From the NCBI RefSeq assembly GCF_009914755.1, contig NC_060943.1: a DNA stretch of 64,000 nucleotides. One strand, given 5' to 3'. Origin of the DNA: the human T2T-CHM13v2.0 reference genome, Homo sapiens. How positions within the stretch are numbered: position 1 is the first letter of the stretch; every line of letters begins with the position of its first letter. The position numbers were made by a program, and so were the translations under genes. Of this stretch, positions 1 to 11,186 are shown piece after piece. The notes under the pieces are model-generated. The model was not told the origin of the DNA and did not search any database. It was given only the letters and a program-made list of their open reading frames with translations.

Positions 1-237
1 AAGGAGGGAGGCAGTGGGCTCATGGGTCGGTGCCTTTGCAGCCGACAGCACGCCTTGCGGCCCTGGGGATCTTCCTGTGCCCCGGCGAGACCCTTTCCGC
101 CTCACTGCATTGGAACCCCATTCCCGATCACCCGCTGGGATCCATCATCGGACCCCAAGAGGAGTCCGCGCAGCCCAGCCGGCACCCCGAAGCTCCTCCT
201 TCAGTGGGAACCGAAGCAGAAGAGCGATCAAGGAGGT

Positions 238-246
238 CCTCACCAC
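238..246 (-). other. Minus-strand 5' splice donor GTG|GTGAGG (exon end 244), one per unit
   Basis: Near-consensus donor 8-10 nt after the smORF stop. Confidence 0.45.
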
Positions 247-251
247 AGGAC

Positions 252-392
252 TCATGGGTCCGACCCTGGGTCTCCCGCAGGCCCCTCTGGCAGTCCTCTT
301 CCCACCCGCCGCCTCGGGCTGCGCCTTCGCCGCCGCCGCCGCAACCTCCAGCACCGCCGCCCCAGGCCCCGCAGCCGCCGCGTCGCCGCCAT
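252..392 (-). CDS. Putative 46-aa Arg-rich small ORF MAATRRLRGLGRRCWRLRRRRRRRSPRRRVGRGLPEGPAGDPGSDP, present in all 20 copies
   Basis: Hand-translated: ATG at 392 (AAAATGG, A at -3, G at +4), stop at 254-252; 141 bp in every copy. Translation is not demonstrated. Confidence 0.3.
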   Translation of the reverse strand: MAATRRLRGLGRRCWRLRRRRRRRSPRRRVGRGLPEGPAGDPGSDP

Positions 393-395
393 TTT
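385..395 (-). promoter_or_regulatory. YY1 motif (AAAATGGCGGC on minus), one per unit, overlapping an ATG in strong Kozak context
   Basis: GCCGCCATTTT matches the extended YY1 consensus typically found just downstream of TSSs; ~70 bp from the NRF1 site. Confidence 0.65.
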
Positions 396-461
396 TTAAA
401 GGGTCCGCAGCCTGACTCTGCGGAGTAAGGGGGGGTGGAGCGGGGGAGTCGGCCTCGCCAG

Positions 462-473
462 CGCGCATGCGCG
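462..473. promoter_or_regulatory. NRF1 palindrome CGCGCATGCGCG, one per unit (20 copies; terminal copy GCGCAGGCGC at 48456-48465)
   Basis: Exact match to the NRF1 core GCGCATGCGC within CpG-island sequence; the terminal variant reads GCGCCTGCGC on the minus strand, also an accepted NRF1 form. Confidence 0.7.
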
Positions 474-742
474 AGGCCCGAGCCGCCGCTTGGGTCACAG
501 TGAAAGCCACCGTTGCCCGGGGATGGGTCCCTGACACTTGGGGAAGTAGGAGCCCTGTGTGATCGTGCGTCTGAGTCTGGGCTGAGACCAGTCCTGGCCA
601 GGGCAGTTACCAGGACGGTCTCCGGAGGCCGGGATTCGCGGAGGGTCCAGCAGCAGGAAGAAACCCCAGGAGGAAGAAACCTCAGACAGATCGCCGGCGA
701 GGCAGCGCGGGATCCCAGCCTCAGGCGTGCGCGGACGGTGTG

Positions 743-751
743 CGGGTGAGT
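743..751 (+). other. Plus-strand 5' splice donor CGG|GTGAGT (GT at 746-747), one per unit; terminal copy GT at 48739-48740
   Basis: Strong U1-complementary donor ~275 bp downstream of the NRF1 site. Confidence 0.55.
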
Positions 752-893
752 CTCCCCAAAAGTGGAGCCCTTGTGATGACGAGCACAGGTCCGCCTGCGT
801 GCCCGTGGGCTGCTCTCTCACCGGTGGCTCTCAGTCGCGGAGAGCAGAACCCGGCAGCTTCAGGGGCTGCCTGCGGGAGGGTGTTCCCTGCTG

Positions 894-1013
894 TACGTGT
901 GTGTTCGTCATGGGTGTGTGTGTGTGTGTGTTGGGGGGGGTGCGTCTGTGTGTGTGTCTGTGTGTGTGCGCGCGCAGTGCCTGTCTGTGTGCCGACTTCT
1001 GTCTCTCTCTCAC

Positions 1014-1058
<45 letters not shown>

Positions 1059-1115
1059 CCTTCTCGCTCTTTCCGTGGCCCTCTCTTTCTGTCTCTGTCC
1101 GTCTGTGTGTGCGTG
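894..1115. repeat. Compound microsatellite in each unit: (TG)n, G7-8, (TG)n(CG)n, (CT)n, variable in length between units
   Basis: Directly visible; accounts for most of the 2517-2543 bp unit-length variation. Confidence 0.95.
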
Positions 1116-3548
1116 CGCCTCGGGACACATGTGCCCTGTGCGCCGGAGGGTGGGTTTCTTGCACGTCGGCCTTTCTTCTGGTCAGCCTCTCCCCGCGTCT
1201 CTGCCTGGGTCGTGTGGCCGGTTGGCAGTCGTCGTCCCGGCGGTTCCAGTTTGGGGGTCTGTGAAGGCCTGGGCAACGTGGGCATCGGCGTCGGACCCGC
1301 AGGGGTTTTCATCCCCTCCCCATCCGGAGCAGCCTCTTTGCTAGGCTGGATCCAGACGAGCGCTCCCCAACCAAGGACAACGGCCTCCCAGGCGCTCATC
1401 GTCCACCCGCAGGAGGGTGCCCGCAGAGCTTCAAGAAGGTGGTTGTCACGCCTGTCGCCCTCTGCCCTCATCGAGAAATGTAGCCACAGCTCGACGCAGG
1501 GACGGAGAAGGAAGCCGGCAAGGGGATGGGGCAAGCATGTCTGTCTCTCAAAGGCTGGCCTTCCTGGCCGAGTCACCCGTTTGACACTCCTCCCCGGATG
1601 CCGGTGGTGGTGGCATGGCCCCCCCGTATCCTGCCTGGGCTCTGGCCTCTGCTCTGACCTCCCTCTTGCTGTGTCTGCCCCGCCTCTGAGAAGCCTGGCG
1701 GCTTCTTAGTGTGGCTCAGTGTCTTCCACAAAGAAGACTTCCCCGTCCATCAGGGAGAAACCTCGTGGCGGTCCGCGTCATGATTGTTTCCCTCTCCACA
1801 CCTCTTTCTGGATGATTGGGCAGCTGTGGTGATCCTGGAGCTCTGGGCTTCCATACCTGTGTGGGACAGGGAAGCTCTCTCGGTCTCCATGGCCCAAGTG
1901 ATGGCTGCACGCTCGGTCCAGGAAGAGGCGGAGGCAAGCCCACCGCTCCTGACATTGGCCTTCTAGGAAAGGCGGTGTTGCATCCCACCTGCACTTCCTC
2001 TCTGATTCTTGAGGGCCAACCGCTTCCTCCGCTCCTGGGGAAAGTGCCTTCTAGCACCGAATCTTTTGGCTGCCACGGATGTCAGGGAGCCAACGGGACT
2101 GGGTTTTGGCTGGGTGCAGGGGAGGTTGCGTCAGGGGTACCTAGCCGGCGGCGGGCTGGGGGTGGGGTGTACTTTGTCCAAACCTCTCGGCTCCTCTGGC
2201 GGGCCTCCCTGAACGTGGCGTGGACTCGCGCACAGGCCCTGTCTCGCAGGTTTTCAGGTGCGCTTGGCTTTTCCTCCGCTTTGTGGGGCAGGTCTCCAGT
2301 GGCCCCCCGGGCGCACGCCTGGACATCACTGTCCGTCTCGTCGTCGCCCCCTACGGCCTCAAAGACACACGCTGCCTGCATGTGCTCTTGGGGGACGACA
2401 GTGCCACATGTGGACACACTGGCTCCAGCTCGGACTCGCCTCTGTCTCTCTTTGCCCGTGTCGCCGGAAGCCGCCTCGGGTTGCCGGAGCCCTCGGGCCT
2501 TGGAGATGAAGGCAGGCCCCTGCTCCTGCCAGGAAGGAGGGAGGCAGTGGGCTCATGGGTCGGTGCCTTTGCAGCCGACAGCACGCCTTGCGGCCCTGGG
2601 GATCTTCCTGTGCCCCGGCGAGACCCTTTCCGCCTCACTGCATTGGAACCCCATTCCCGATCACCCGCTGGGATCCATCATCGGACCCCAAGAGGAGTCC
2701 GCGCAGCCCAGCCGGCACCCCGAAGCTCCTCCTTCAGTGGGAACCGAAGCAGAAGAGCGATCAAGGAGGTCCTCACCACAGGACTCCTATGGGTCCGACC
2801 CTGGGTCTCCCGCAGGCCCCTCTGGCAGTCCTCTTCCCACCCGCCGCCTCGGGCTGCGCCTTCGCCGCCGCCGCCGCAACCTCCAGCACCGCCGCCCCAG
2901 GCCCCGCAGCCGCCGCGTCGCCGCCATTTTTTAAAGGGTCCGCAGCCTGACTCTGCGGAGTAAGGGGGGGTGGAGCGGGGGAGTCGGCCTCGCCAGCGCG
3001 CATGCGCGAGGCCCGAGCCGCCGCTTGGGTCACAGTGAAAGCCACCGTTGCCCGGGGATGGGTCCCTGACACTTGGGGAAGTAGGAGCCCTGTGTGATCG
3101 TGCGTCTGAGTCTGGGCTGAGACCAGTCCTGGCCAGGGCAGTTACCAGGACGGTCTCCGGAGGCCGGGATTCGCGGAGGGTCCAGCAGCAGGAAGAAACC
3201 CCAGGAGGAAGAAACCTCAGACAGATCGCCGGCGAGGCAGCGCGGGATCCCAGCCTCAGGCGTGCGCGGACGGTGTGCGGGTGAGTCTCCCCAAAAGTGG
3301 AGCCCTTGTGATGACGAGCACAGGTCCGCCTGCGTGCCCGTGGGCTGCTCTCTCACCGGTGGCTCTCAGTCGCGGAGAGCAGAACCCGGCAGCTTCAGGG
3401 GCTGCCTGCGGGAGGGTGTTCCCTGCTGTACGTGTGTGTTCGTCATGGGTGTGTGTGTGTGTGTGTTGGGGGGGGTGCGTCTGTGTGTGTGTCTGTGTGT
3501 GTGCGCGCGCAGTGCCTGTCTGTGTGCCGACTTCTGTCTCTCTCTCAC

Positions 3549-3582
<34 letters not shown>

Positions 3583-6069
3583 TCTCGCTCTTTCCGTGGC
3601 CCTCTCTTTCTGTCTCTGTCCGTCTGTGTGTGCGTGCGCCTCGGGACACATGTGCCCTGTGCGCCGGAGGGTGGGTTTCTTGCACGTCGGCCTTTCTTCT
3701 GGTCAGCCTCTCCCCGCGTCTCTGCCTGGGTCGTGTGGCCGGTTGGCAGTCGTCGTCCCGGCGGTTCCAGTTTGGGGGTCTGTGAAGGCCTGGGCAACGT
3801 GGGCATCGGCGTCGGACCCGCAGGGGTTTTCATCCCCTCCCCATCCGGAGCAGCCTCTTTGCTAGGCTGGATCCAGACGAGCGCTCCCCAACCAAGGACA
3901 ACGGCCTCCCAGGCGCTCATCGTCCACCCGCAGGAGGGTGCCCGCAGAGCTTCAAGAAGGTGGTTGTCACGCCTGTCGCCCTCTGCCCTCATCGAGAAAT
4001 GTAGCCACAGCTCGACGCAGGGACGGAGAAGGAAGCCGGCAAGGGGATGGGGCAAGCATGTCTGTCTCTCAAAGGCTGGCCTTCCTGGCCGAGTCACCCG
4101 TTTGACACTCCTCCCCGGATGCCGGTGGTGGTGGCATGGCCCCCCCGTATCCTGCCTGGGCTCTGGCCTCTGCTCTGACCTCCCTCTTGCTGTGTCTGCC
4201 CCGCCTCTGAGAAGCCTGGCGGCTTCTTAGTGTGGCTCAGTGTCTTCCACAAAGAAGACTTCCCCGTCCATCAGGGAGAAACCTCGTGGCGGTCCGCGTC
4301 ATGATTGTTTCCCTCTCCACACCTCTTTCTGGATGATTGGGCAGCTGTGGTGATCCTGGAGCTCTGGGCTTCCATACCTGTGTGGGACAGGGAAGCTCTC
4401 TGGGTCTCCATGGCCCAAGTGATGGCTGCACGCTCGGTCCAGGAAGAGGCGGAGGCAAGCCCACCGCTCCTGACATTGGCCTTCTAGGAAAGGCGGTGTT
4501 GCATCCCACCTGCACTTCCTCTCTGATTCTTGAGGGCCAACCGCTTCCTCCGCTCCTGGGGAAAGTGCCTTCTAGCACCGAATCTTTTGGCTGCCACGGA
4601 TGTCAGGGAGCCAACGGGACTGGGTTTTGGCTGGGTGCAGGGGAGGTTGCGTCAGGGGTACCTAGCCGGCGGCGGGCTGGGGGTGGGGTGTACTTTGTCC
4701 AAACCTCTCGGCTCCTCTGGCGGGCCTCCCTGAACGTGGCGTGGACTCGCGCACAGGCCCTGTCTCGCAGGTTTTCAGGTGCGCTTGGCTTTTCCTCCGC
4801 TTTGTGGGGCAGGTCTCCAGTGGCCCCCCGGGCGCACGCCTGGACATCACTGTCCGTCTCGTCGTCGCCCCCTACGGCCTCAAAGACACACGCTGCCTGC
4901 ATGTGCTCTTGGGGGACGACAGTGCCACATGTGGACACGCTGGCTCCAGCTCGGACTCGCCTCTGTCTCTCTTTGCCCGTGTCGCCGGAAGCCGCCTCGG
5001 GTTGCCGGAGCCCTCGGGCCTTGGAGATGAAGGCAGGCCCCTGCTCCTGCCAGGAAGGAGGGAGGCAGTGGGCTCATGGGTCGGTGCCTTTGCAGCCGAC
5101 AGCACGCCTTGCGGCCCTGGGGATCTTCCTGTGCCCCGGCGAGACCCTTTCCGCCTCACTGCATTGGAACCCCATTCCCGATCACCCGCTGGGATCCATC
5201 ATCGGACCCCAAGAGGAGTCCGCGCAGCCCAGCCGGCACCCCGAAGCTCCTCCTTCAGTGGGAACCGAAGCAGAAGAGCGATCAAGGAGGTCCTCACCAC
5301 AGGACTCCTATGGGTCCGACCCTGGGTCTCCCGCAGGCCCCTCTGGCAGTCCTCTTCCCACCCGCCGCCTCGGGCTGCGCCTTCGCCGCCGCCGCCGCAA
5401 CCTCCAGCACCGCCGCCCCAGGCCCCGCAGCCGCCGCGTCGCCGCCATTTTTTAAAGGGTCCGCAGCCTGACTCTGCGGAGTAAGGGGGGGTGGAGCGGG
5501 GGAGTCGGCCTCGCCAGCGCGCATGCGCGAGGCCCGAGCCGCCGCTTGGGTCACAGTGAAAGCCACCGTTGCCCGGGGATGGGTCCCTGACACTTGGGGA
5601 AGTAGGAGCCCTGTGTGATCGTGCGTCTGAGTCTGGGCTGAGACCAGTCCTGGCCAGGGCAGTTACCAGGACGGTCTCCGGAGGCCGGGATTCGCGGAGG
5701 GTCCAGCAGCAGGAAGAAACCCCAGGAGGAAGAAACCTCAGACAGATCGCCGGCGAGGCAGCGCGGGATCCCAGCCTCAGGCGTGCGCGGACGGTGTGCG
5801 GGTGAGTCTCCCCAAAAGTGGAGCCCTTGTGATGACGAGCACAGGTCCGCCTGCGTGCCCGTGGGCTGCTCTCTCACCGGTGGCTCTCAGTCGCGGAGAG
5901 CAGAACCCGGCAGCTTCAGGGGCTGCCTGCGGGAGGGTGTTCCCTGCTGTACGTGTGTGTTCGTCATGGGTGTGTGTGTGTGTGTGTTGGGGGGGGTGCG
6001 TCTGTGTGTGTGTCTGTGTGTGTGCACGCGCAGTGCCTGTCTGTGTGCCGACTTCTGTCTCTCTCTCAC

Positions 6070-6112
<43 letters not shown>

Positions 6113-8612
6113 TCCCTCTCTCCCTTCTCGCTCTTTCCGTGGCCCTCTCTTTCTGTCTCTGTCCGTCTGTGTGTGCGTGCGCCTCGGGACACATGTGCCC
6201 TGTGCGCCGGAGGGTGGGTTTCTTGCACGTCGGCCTTTCTTCTGGTCAGCCTCTCCCCGCGTCTCTGCCTGGGTCGTGTGGCCGGTTGGCAGTCGTCGTC
6301 CCGGCGGTTCCAGTTTGGGGGTCTGTGAAGGCCTGGGCAACGTGGGCATCGGCGTCGGACCCGCAGGGGTTTTCATCCCCTCCCCATCCGGAGCAGCCTC
6401 TTTGCTAGGCTGGATCCAGACGAGCGCTCCCCAACCAAGGACAACGGCCTCCCAGGCGCTCATCGTCCACCCGCAGGAGGGTGCCCGCAGAGCTTCAAGA
6501 AGGTGGTTGTCACGCCTGTCGCCCTCTGCCCTCATCGAGAAATGTAGCCACAGCTCGACGCAGGGACGGAGAAGGAAGCCGGCAAGGGGATGGGGCAAGC
6601 ATGTCTGTCTCTCAAAGGCTGGCCTTCCTGGCCGAGTCACCCGTTTGACACTCCTCCCCGGATGCCGGTGGTGGTGGCATGGCCCCCCCGTATCCTGCCT
6701 GGGCTCTGGCCTCTGCTCTGACCTCCCTCTTGCTGTGTCTGCCCCGTCTCTGAGAAGCCTGGCGGCTTCTTAGTGTGGCTCAGTGTCTTCCACAAAGAAG
6801 ACTTCCCCGTCCATCAGGGAGAAACCTCGTGGCGGTCCGCGTCATGATTGTTTCCCTCTCCACACCTCTTTCTGGATGATTGGGCAGCTGTGGTGATCCT
6901 GGAGCTCTGGGCTTCCATACCTGTGTGGGACAGGGAAGCTCTCTCGGTCTCCATGGCCCAAGTGATGGCTGCACGCTCGGTCCAGGAAGAGGCGGAGGCA
7001 AGCCCACCGCTCCTGACATTGGCCTTCTAGGAAAGGCGGTGTTGCATCCCACCTGCACTTCCTCTCTGATTCTTGAGGGCCAACCGCTTCCTCCGCTCCT
7101 GGGGAAAGTGCCTTCTAGCACCGAATCTTTTGGCTGCCACGGATGTCAGGGAGCCAACGGGACTGGGTTTTGGCTGGGTGCAGGGGAGGTTGCGTCAGGG
7201 GTACCTAGCCGGCGGCGGGCTGGGGGTGGGGTGTACTTTGTCCAAACCTCTCGGCTCCTCTGGCGGGCCTCCCTGAACGTGGCGTGGACTCGCGCACAGG
7301 CCCTGTCTCGCAGGTTTTCAGGTGCGCTTGGCTTTTCCTCCGCTTTGTGGGGCAGGTCTCCAGTGGCCCCCCGGGCGCACGCCTGGACATCACTGTCCGT
7401 CTCGTCGTCGCCCCCTACGGCCTCAAAGACACACGCTGCCTGCATGTGCTCTTGGGGGACGACAGTGCCACATGTGGACACGCTGGCTCCAGCTCGGACT
7501 CGCCTCTGTCTCTCTTTGCCCGTGTCGCCGGAAGCCGCCTCGGGTTGCCGGAGCCCTCGGGCCTTGGAGATGAAGGCAGGCCCCTGCTCCTGCCAGGAAG
7601 GAGGGAGGCAGTGGGCTCATGGGTCGGTGCCTTTGCAGCCGACAGCACGCCTTGCGGCCCTGGGGATCTTCCTGTGCCCCGGCGAGACCCTTTCCGCCTC
7701 ACTGCATTGGAACCCCATTCCCGATCACCCGCTGGGATCCATCATCGGACCCCAAGAGGAGTCCGCGCAGCCCAGCCGGCACCCCGAAGCTCCTCCTTCA
7801 GTGGGAACCGAAGCAGAAGAGCGATCAAGGAGGTCCTCACCACAGGACTCCTATGGGTCCGACCCTGGGTCTCCCGCAGGCCCCTCTGGCAGTCCTCTTC
7901 CCACCCGCCGCCTCGGGCTGCGCCTTCGCCGCCGCCGCCGCAACCTCCAGCACCGCCGCCCCAGGCCCCGCAGCCGCCGCGTCGCCGCCATTTTTTAAAG
8001 GGTCCGCAGCCTGACTCTGCGGAGTAAGGGGGGGTGGAGCGGGGGAGTCGGCCTCGCCAGCGCGCATGCGCGAGGCCCGAGCCGCCGCTTGGGTCACAGT
8101 GAAAGCCACCGTTGCCCGGGGATGGGTCCCTGACACTTGGGGAAGTAGGAGCCCTGTGTGATCGTGCGTCTGAGTCTGGGCTGAGACCAGTCCTGGCCAG
8201 GGCAGTTACCAGGACGGTCTCCGGAGGCCGGGATTCGCGGAGGGTCCAGCAGCAGGAAGAAACCCCAGGAGGAAGAAACCTCAGACAGATCGCCGGCGAG
8301 GCAGCGCGGGATCCCAGCCTCAGGCGTGCGCGGACGGTGTGCGGGTGAGTCTCCCCAAAAGTGGAGCCCTTGTGATGACGAGCACAGGTCCGCCTGCGTG
8401 CCCGTGGGCTGCTCTCTCACCGGTGGCTCTCAGTCGCGGAGAGCAGAACCCGGCAGCTTCAGGGGCTGCCTGCGGGAGGGTGTTCCCTGCTGTACGTGTG
8501 TGTTCGTCATGGGTGTGTGTGTGTGTGTGTTGGGGGGGGTGCGTCTGTGTGTGTGTCTGTGTGTGTGCGCGCGCAGTGCCTGTCTGTGTGCCGACTTCTG
8601 TCTCTCTCTCAC

Positions 8613-8657
<45 letters not shown>

Positions 8658-11147
8658 CCTTCTCGCTCTTTCCGTGGCCCTCTCTTTCTGTCTCTGTCCG
8701 TCTGTGTGTGCGTGCGCCTCGGGACACATGTGCCCTGTGCGCCGGAGGGTGGGTTTCTTGCACGTCGGCCTTTCTTCTGGTCAGCCTCTCCCCGCGTCTC
8801 TGCCTGGGTCGTGTGGCCGGTTGGCAGTCGTCGTCCCGGCGGTTCCAGTTTGGGGGTCTGTGAAGGCCTGGGCAACGTGGGCATCGGCGTCGGACCCGCA
8901 GGGGTTTTCATCCCCTCCCCATCCGGAGCAGCCTCTTTGCTAGGCTGGATCCAGACGAGCGCTCCCCAACCAAGGACAACGGCCTCCCAGGCGCTCATCG
9001 TCCACCCGCAGGAGGGTGCCCGCAGAGCTTCAAGAAGGTGGTTGTCACGCCTGTCGCCCTCTGCCCTCATCGAGAAATGTAGCCACAGCTCGACGCAGGG
9101 ACGGAGAAGGAAGCCGGCAAGGGGATGGGGCAAGCATGTCTGTCTCTCAAAGGCTGGCCTTCCTGGCCGAGTCACCCGTTTGACACTCCTCCCCGGATGC
9201 CGGTGGTGGTGGCATGGCCCCCCCGTATCCTGCCTGGGCTCTGGCCTCTGATCTGACCTCCCTCTTGCTGTGTCTGCCCCGCCTCTGAGAAGCCTGGCGG
9301 CTTCTTAGTGTGGCTCAGTGTCTTCCACAAAGAAGACTTCCCCGTCCATCAGGGAGAAACCTCGTGGCGGTCCGCGTCATGATTGTTTCCCTCTCCACAC
9401 CTCTTTCTGGATGATTGGGCAGCTGTGGTGATCCTGGAGCTCTGGGCTTCCATACCTGTGTGGGACAGGGAAGCTCTCTGGGTCTCCATGGCCCAAGTGA
9501 TGGCTGCACGCTCGGTCCAGGAAGAGGCGGAGGCAAGCCCACCGCTCCTGACATTGGCCTTCTAGGAAAGGCGGTGTTGCATCCCACCTGCACTTCCTCT
9601 CTGATTCTTGAGGGCCAACCGCTTCCTCCGCTCCTGGGGAAAGTGCCTTCTAGCACCGAATCTTTTGGCTGCCACGGATGTCAGGGAGCCAACGGGACTG
9701 GGTTTTGGCTGGGTGCAGGGGAGGTTGCGTCAGGGGTACCTAGCCGGCGGCGGGCTGGGGGTGGGGTGTACTTTGTCCAAACCTCTCGGCTCCTCTGGCG
9801 GGCCTCCCTGAACGTGGCGTGGACTCGCGCACAGGCCCTGTCTCGCAGGTTTTCAGGTGCGCTTGGCTTTTCCTCCGCTTTGTGGGGCAGGTCTCCAGTG
9901 GCCCCCCGGGCGCACGCCTGGACATCACTGTCCGTCTCGTCGTCGCCCCCTACGGCCTCAAAGACACACGCTGCCTGCATGTGCTCTTGGGGGACGACAG
10001 TGCCACATGTGGACACACTGGCTCCAGCTCGGACTCGCCTCTGTCTCTCTTTGCCCGTGTCGCCGGAAGCCGCCTCGGGTTGCCGGAGCCCTCGGGCCTT
10101 GGAGATGAAGGCAGGCCCCTGCTCCTGCCAGGAAGGAGGGAGGCAGTGGGCTCATGGGTCGGTGCCTTTGCAGCCGACAGCACGCCTTGCGGCCCTGGGG
10201 ATCTTCCTGTGCCCCGGCGAGACCCTTTCCGCCTCACTGCATTGGAACCCCATTCCCGATCACCCGCTGGGATCCATCATCGGACCCCAAGAGGAGTCCG
10301 CGCAGCCCAGCCGGCACCCCGAAGCTCCTCCTTCAGTGGGAACCGAAGCAGAAGAGCGATCAAGGAGGTCCTCACCACAGGACTCCTATGGGTCCGACCC
10401 TGGGTCTCCCGCAGGCCCCTCTGGCAGTCCTCTTCCCACCCGCCGCCTCGGGCTGCGCCTTCGCCGCCGCCGCCGCAACCTCCAGCACCGCCGCCCCAGG
10501 CCCCGCAGCCGCCGCGTCGCCGCCATTTTTTAAAGGGTCCGCAGCCTGACTCTGCGGAGTAAGGGGGGGTGGAGCGGGGGAGTCGGCCTCGCCAGCGCGC
10601 ATGCGCGAGGCCCGAGCCGCCGCTTGGGTCACAGTGAAAGCCACCGTTGCCCGGGGATGGGTCCCTGACACTTGGGGAAGTAGGAGCCCTGTGTGATCGT
10701 GCGTCTGAGTCTGGGCTGAGACCAGTCCTGGCCAGGGCAGTTACCAGGACGGTCTCCGGAGGCCGGGATTCGCGGAGGGTCCAGCAGCAGGAAGAAACCC
10801 CAGGAGGAAGAAACCTCAGACAGATCGCCGGCGAGGCAGCGCGGGATCCCAGCCTCAGGCGTGCGCGGACGGTGTGCGGGTGAGTCTCCCCAAAAGTGGA
10901 GCCCTTGTGATGACGAGCACAGGTCCGCCTGCGTGCCCGTGGGCTGCTCTCTCACCGGTGGCTCTCAGTCGCGGAGAGCAGAACCCGGCAGCTTCAGGGG
11001 CTGCCTGCGGGAGGGTGTTCCCTGCTGTACGTGTGTGTTCGTCATGGGTGTGTGTGTGTGTGTGTTGGGGGGGGTGCGTCTGTGTGTGTGTCTGTGTGTG
11101 TGCGCGCGCAGTGCCTGTCTGTGTGCCGACTTCTGTCTCTCTCTCAC

Positions 11148-11186
<39 letters not shown>

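Larger units (their letters stand above)
495..1576 (-). pseudogene. FAM27D/FAM27E-like disrupted reading frames inside the repeat unit (repeated in every unit)
   Basis: Peptides TPKLEP..TGHTTQAE, HTHT/RERE tracts, RQPLKLPGSALRD, VREQPTGTQADL and LLGRLT resemble my recollection of FAM27D1/FAM27E3 annotations; not verified by search. Frames are broken by microsatellite indels and a TGA. Confidence 0.45.

Noticed and set aside
328-342. (GCC)n as an expandable trinucleotide repeat
   Set aside because: Only about 4-6 units and length-invariant across all copies.
336-357. PRDM9-A-like motifs (CCGCCGCAACCTC, CCTCCAGCACCGC)
   Set aside because: Each misses the central T of CCNCCNTNNCCNC, and near-matches are expected in (CCG)n-rich DNA; a PWM scan would be needed.
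727-1709. Plus-strand CVCV/LSLS ORFs (117-325 aa)
   Set aside because: Translations of (TG)n/(CT)n microsatellites whose frames shift freely among units.
2134-2168. G-quadruplex candidate GGGG-N15-GGG-CT-GGGGG-T-GGGG
   Set aside because: Needs a long first loop; unremarkable in GC-rich sequence.
1816-2963. 372-381 aa and 242-247 aa plus-strand ORFs repeated in each unit
   Set aside because: All six frames are open because of high GC. There is no recognisable domain, the starts are non-ATG, and a polymorphic 2-bp indel swaps their C-termini between units.
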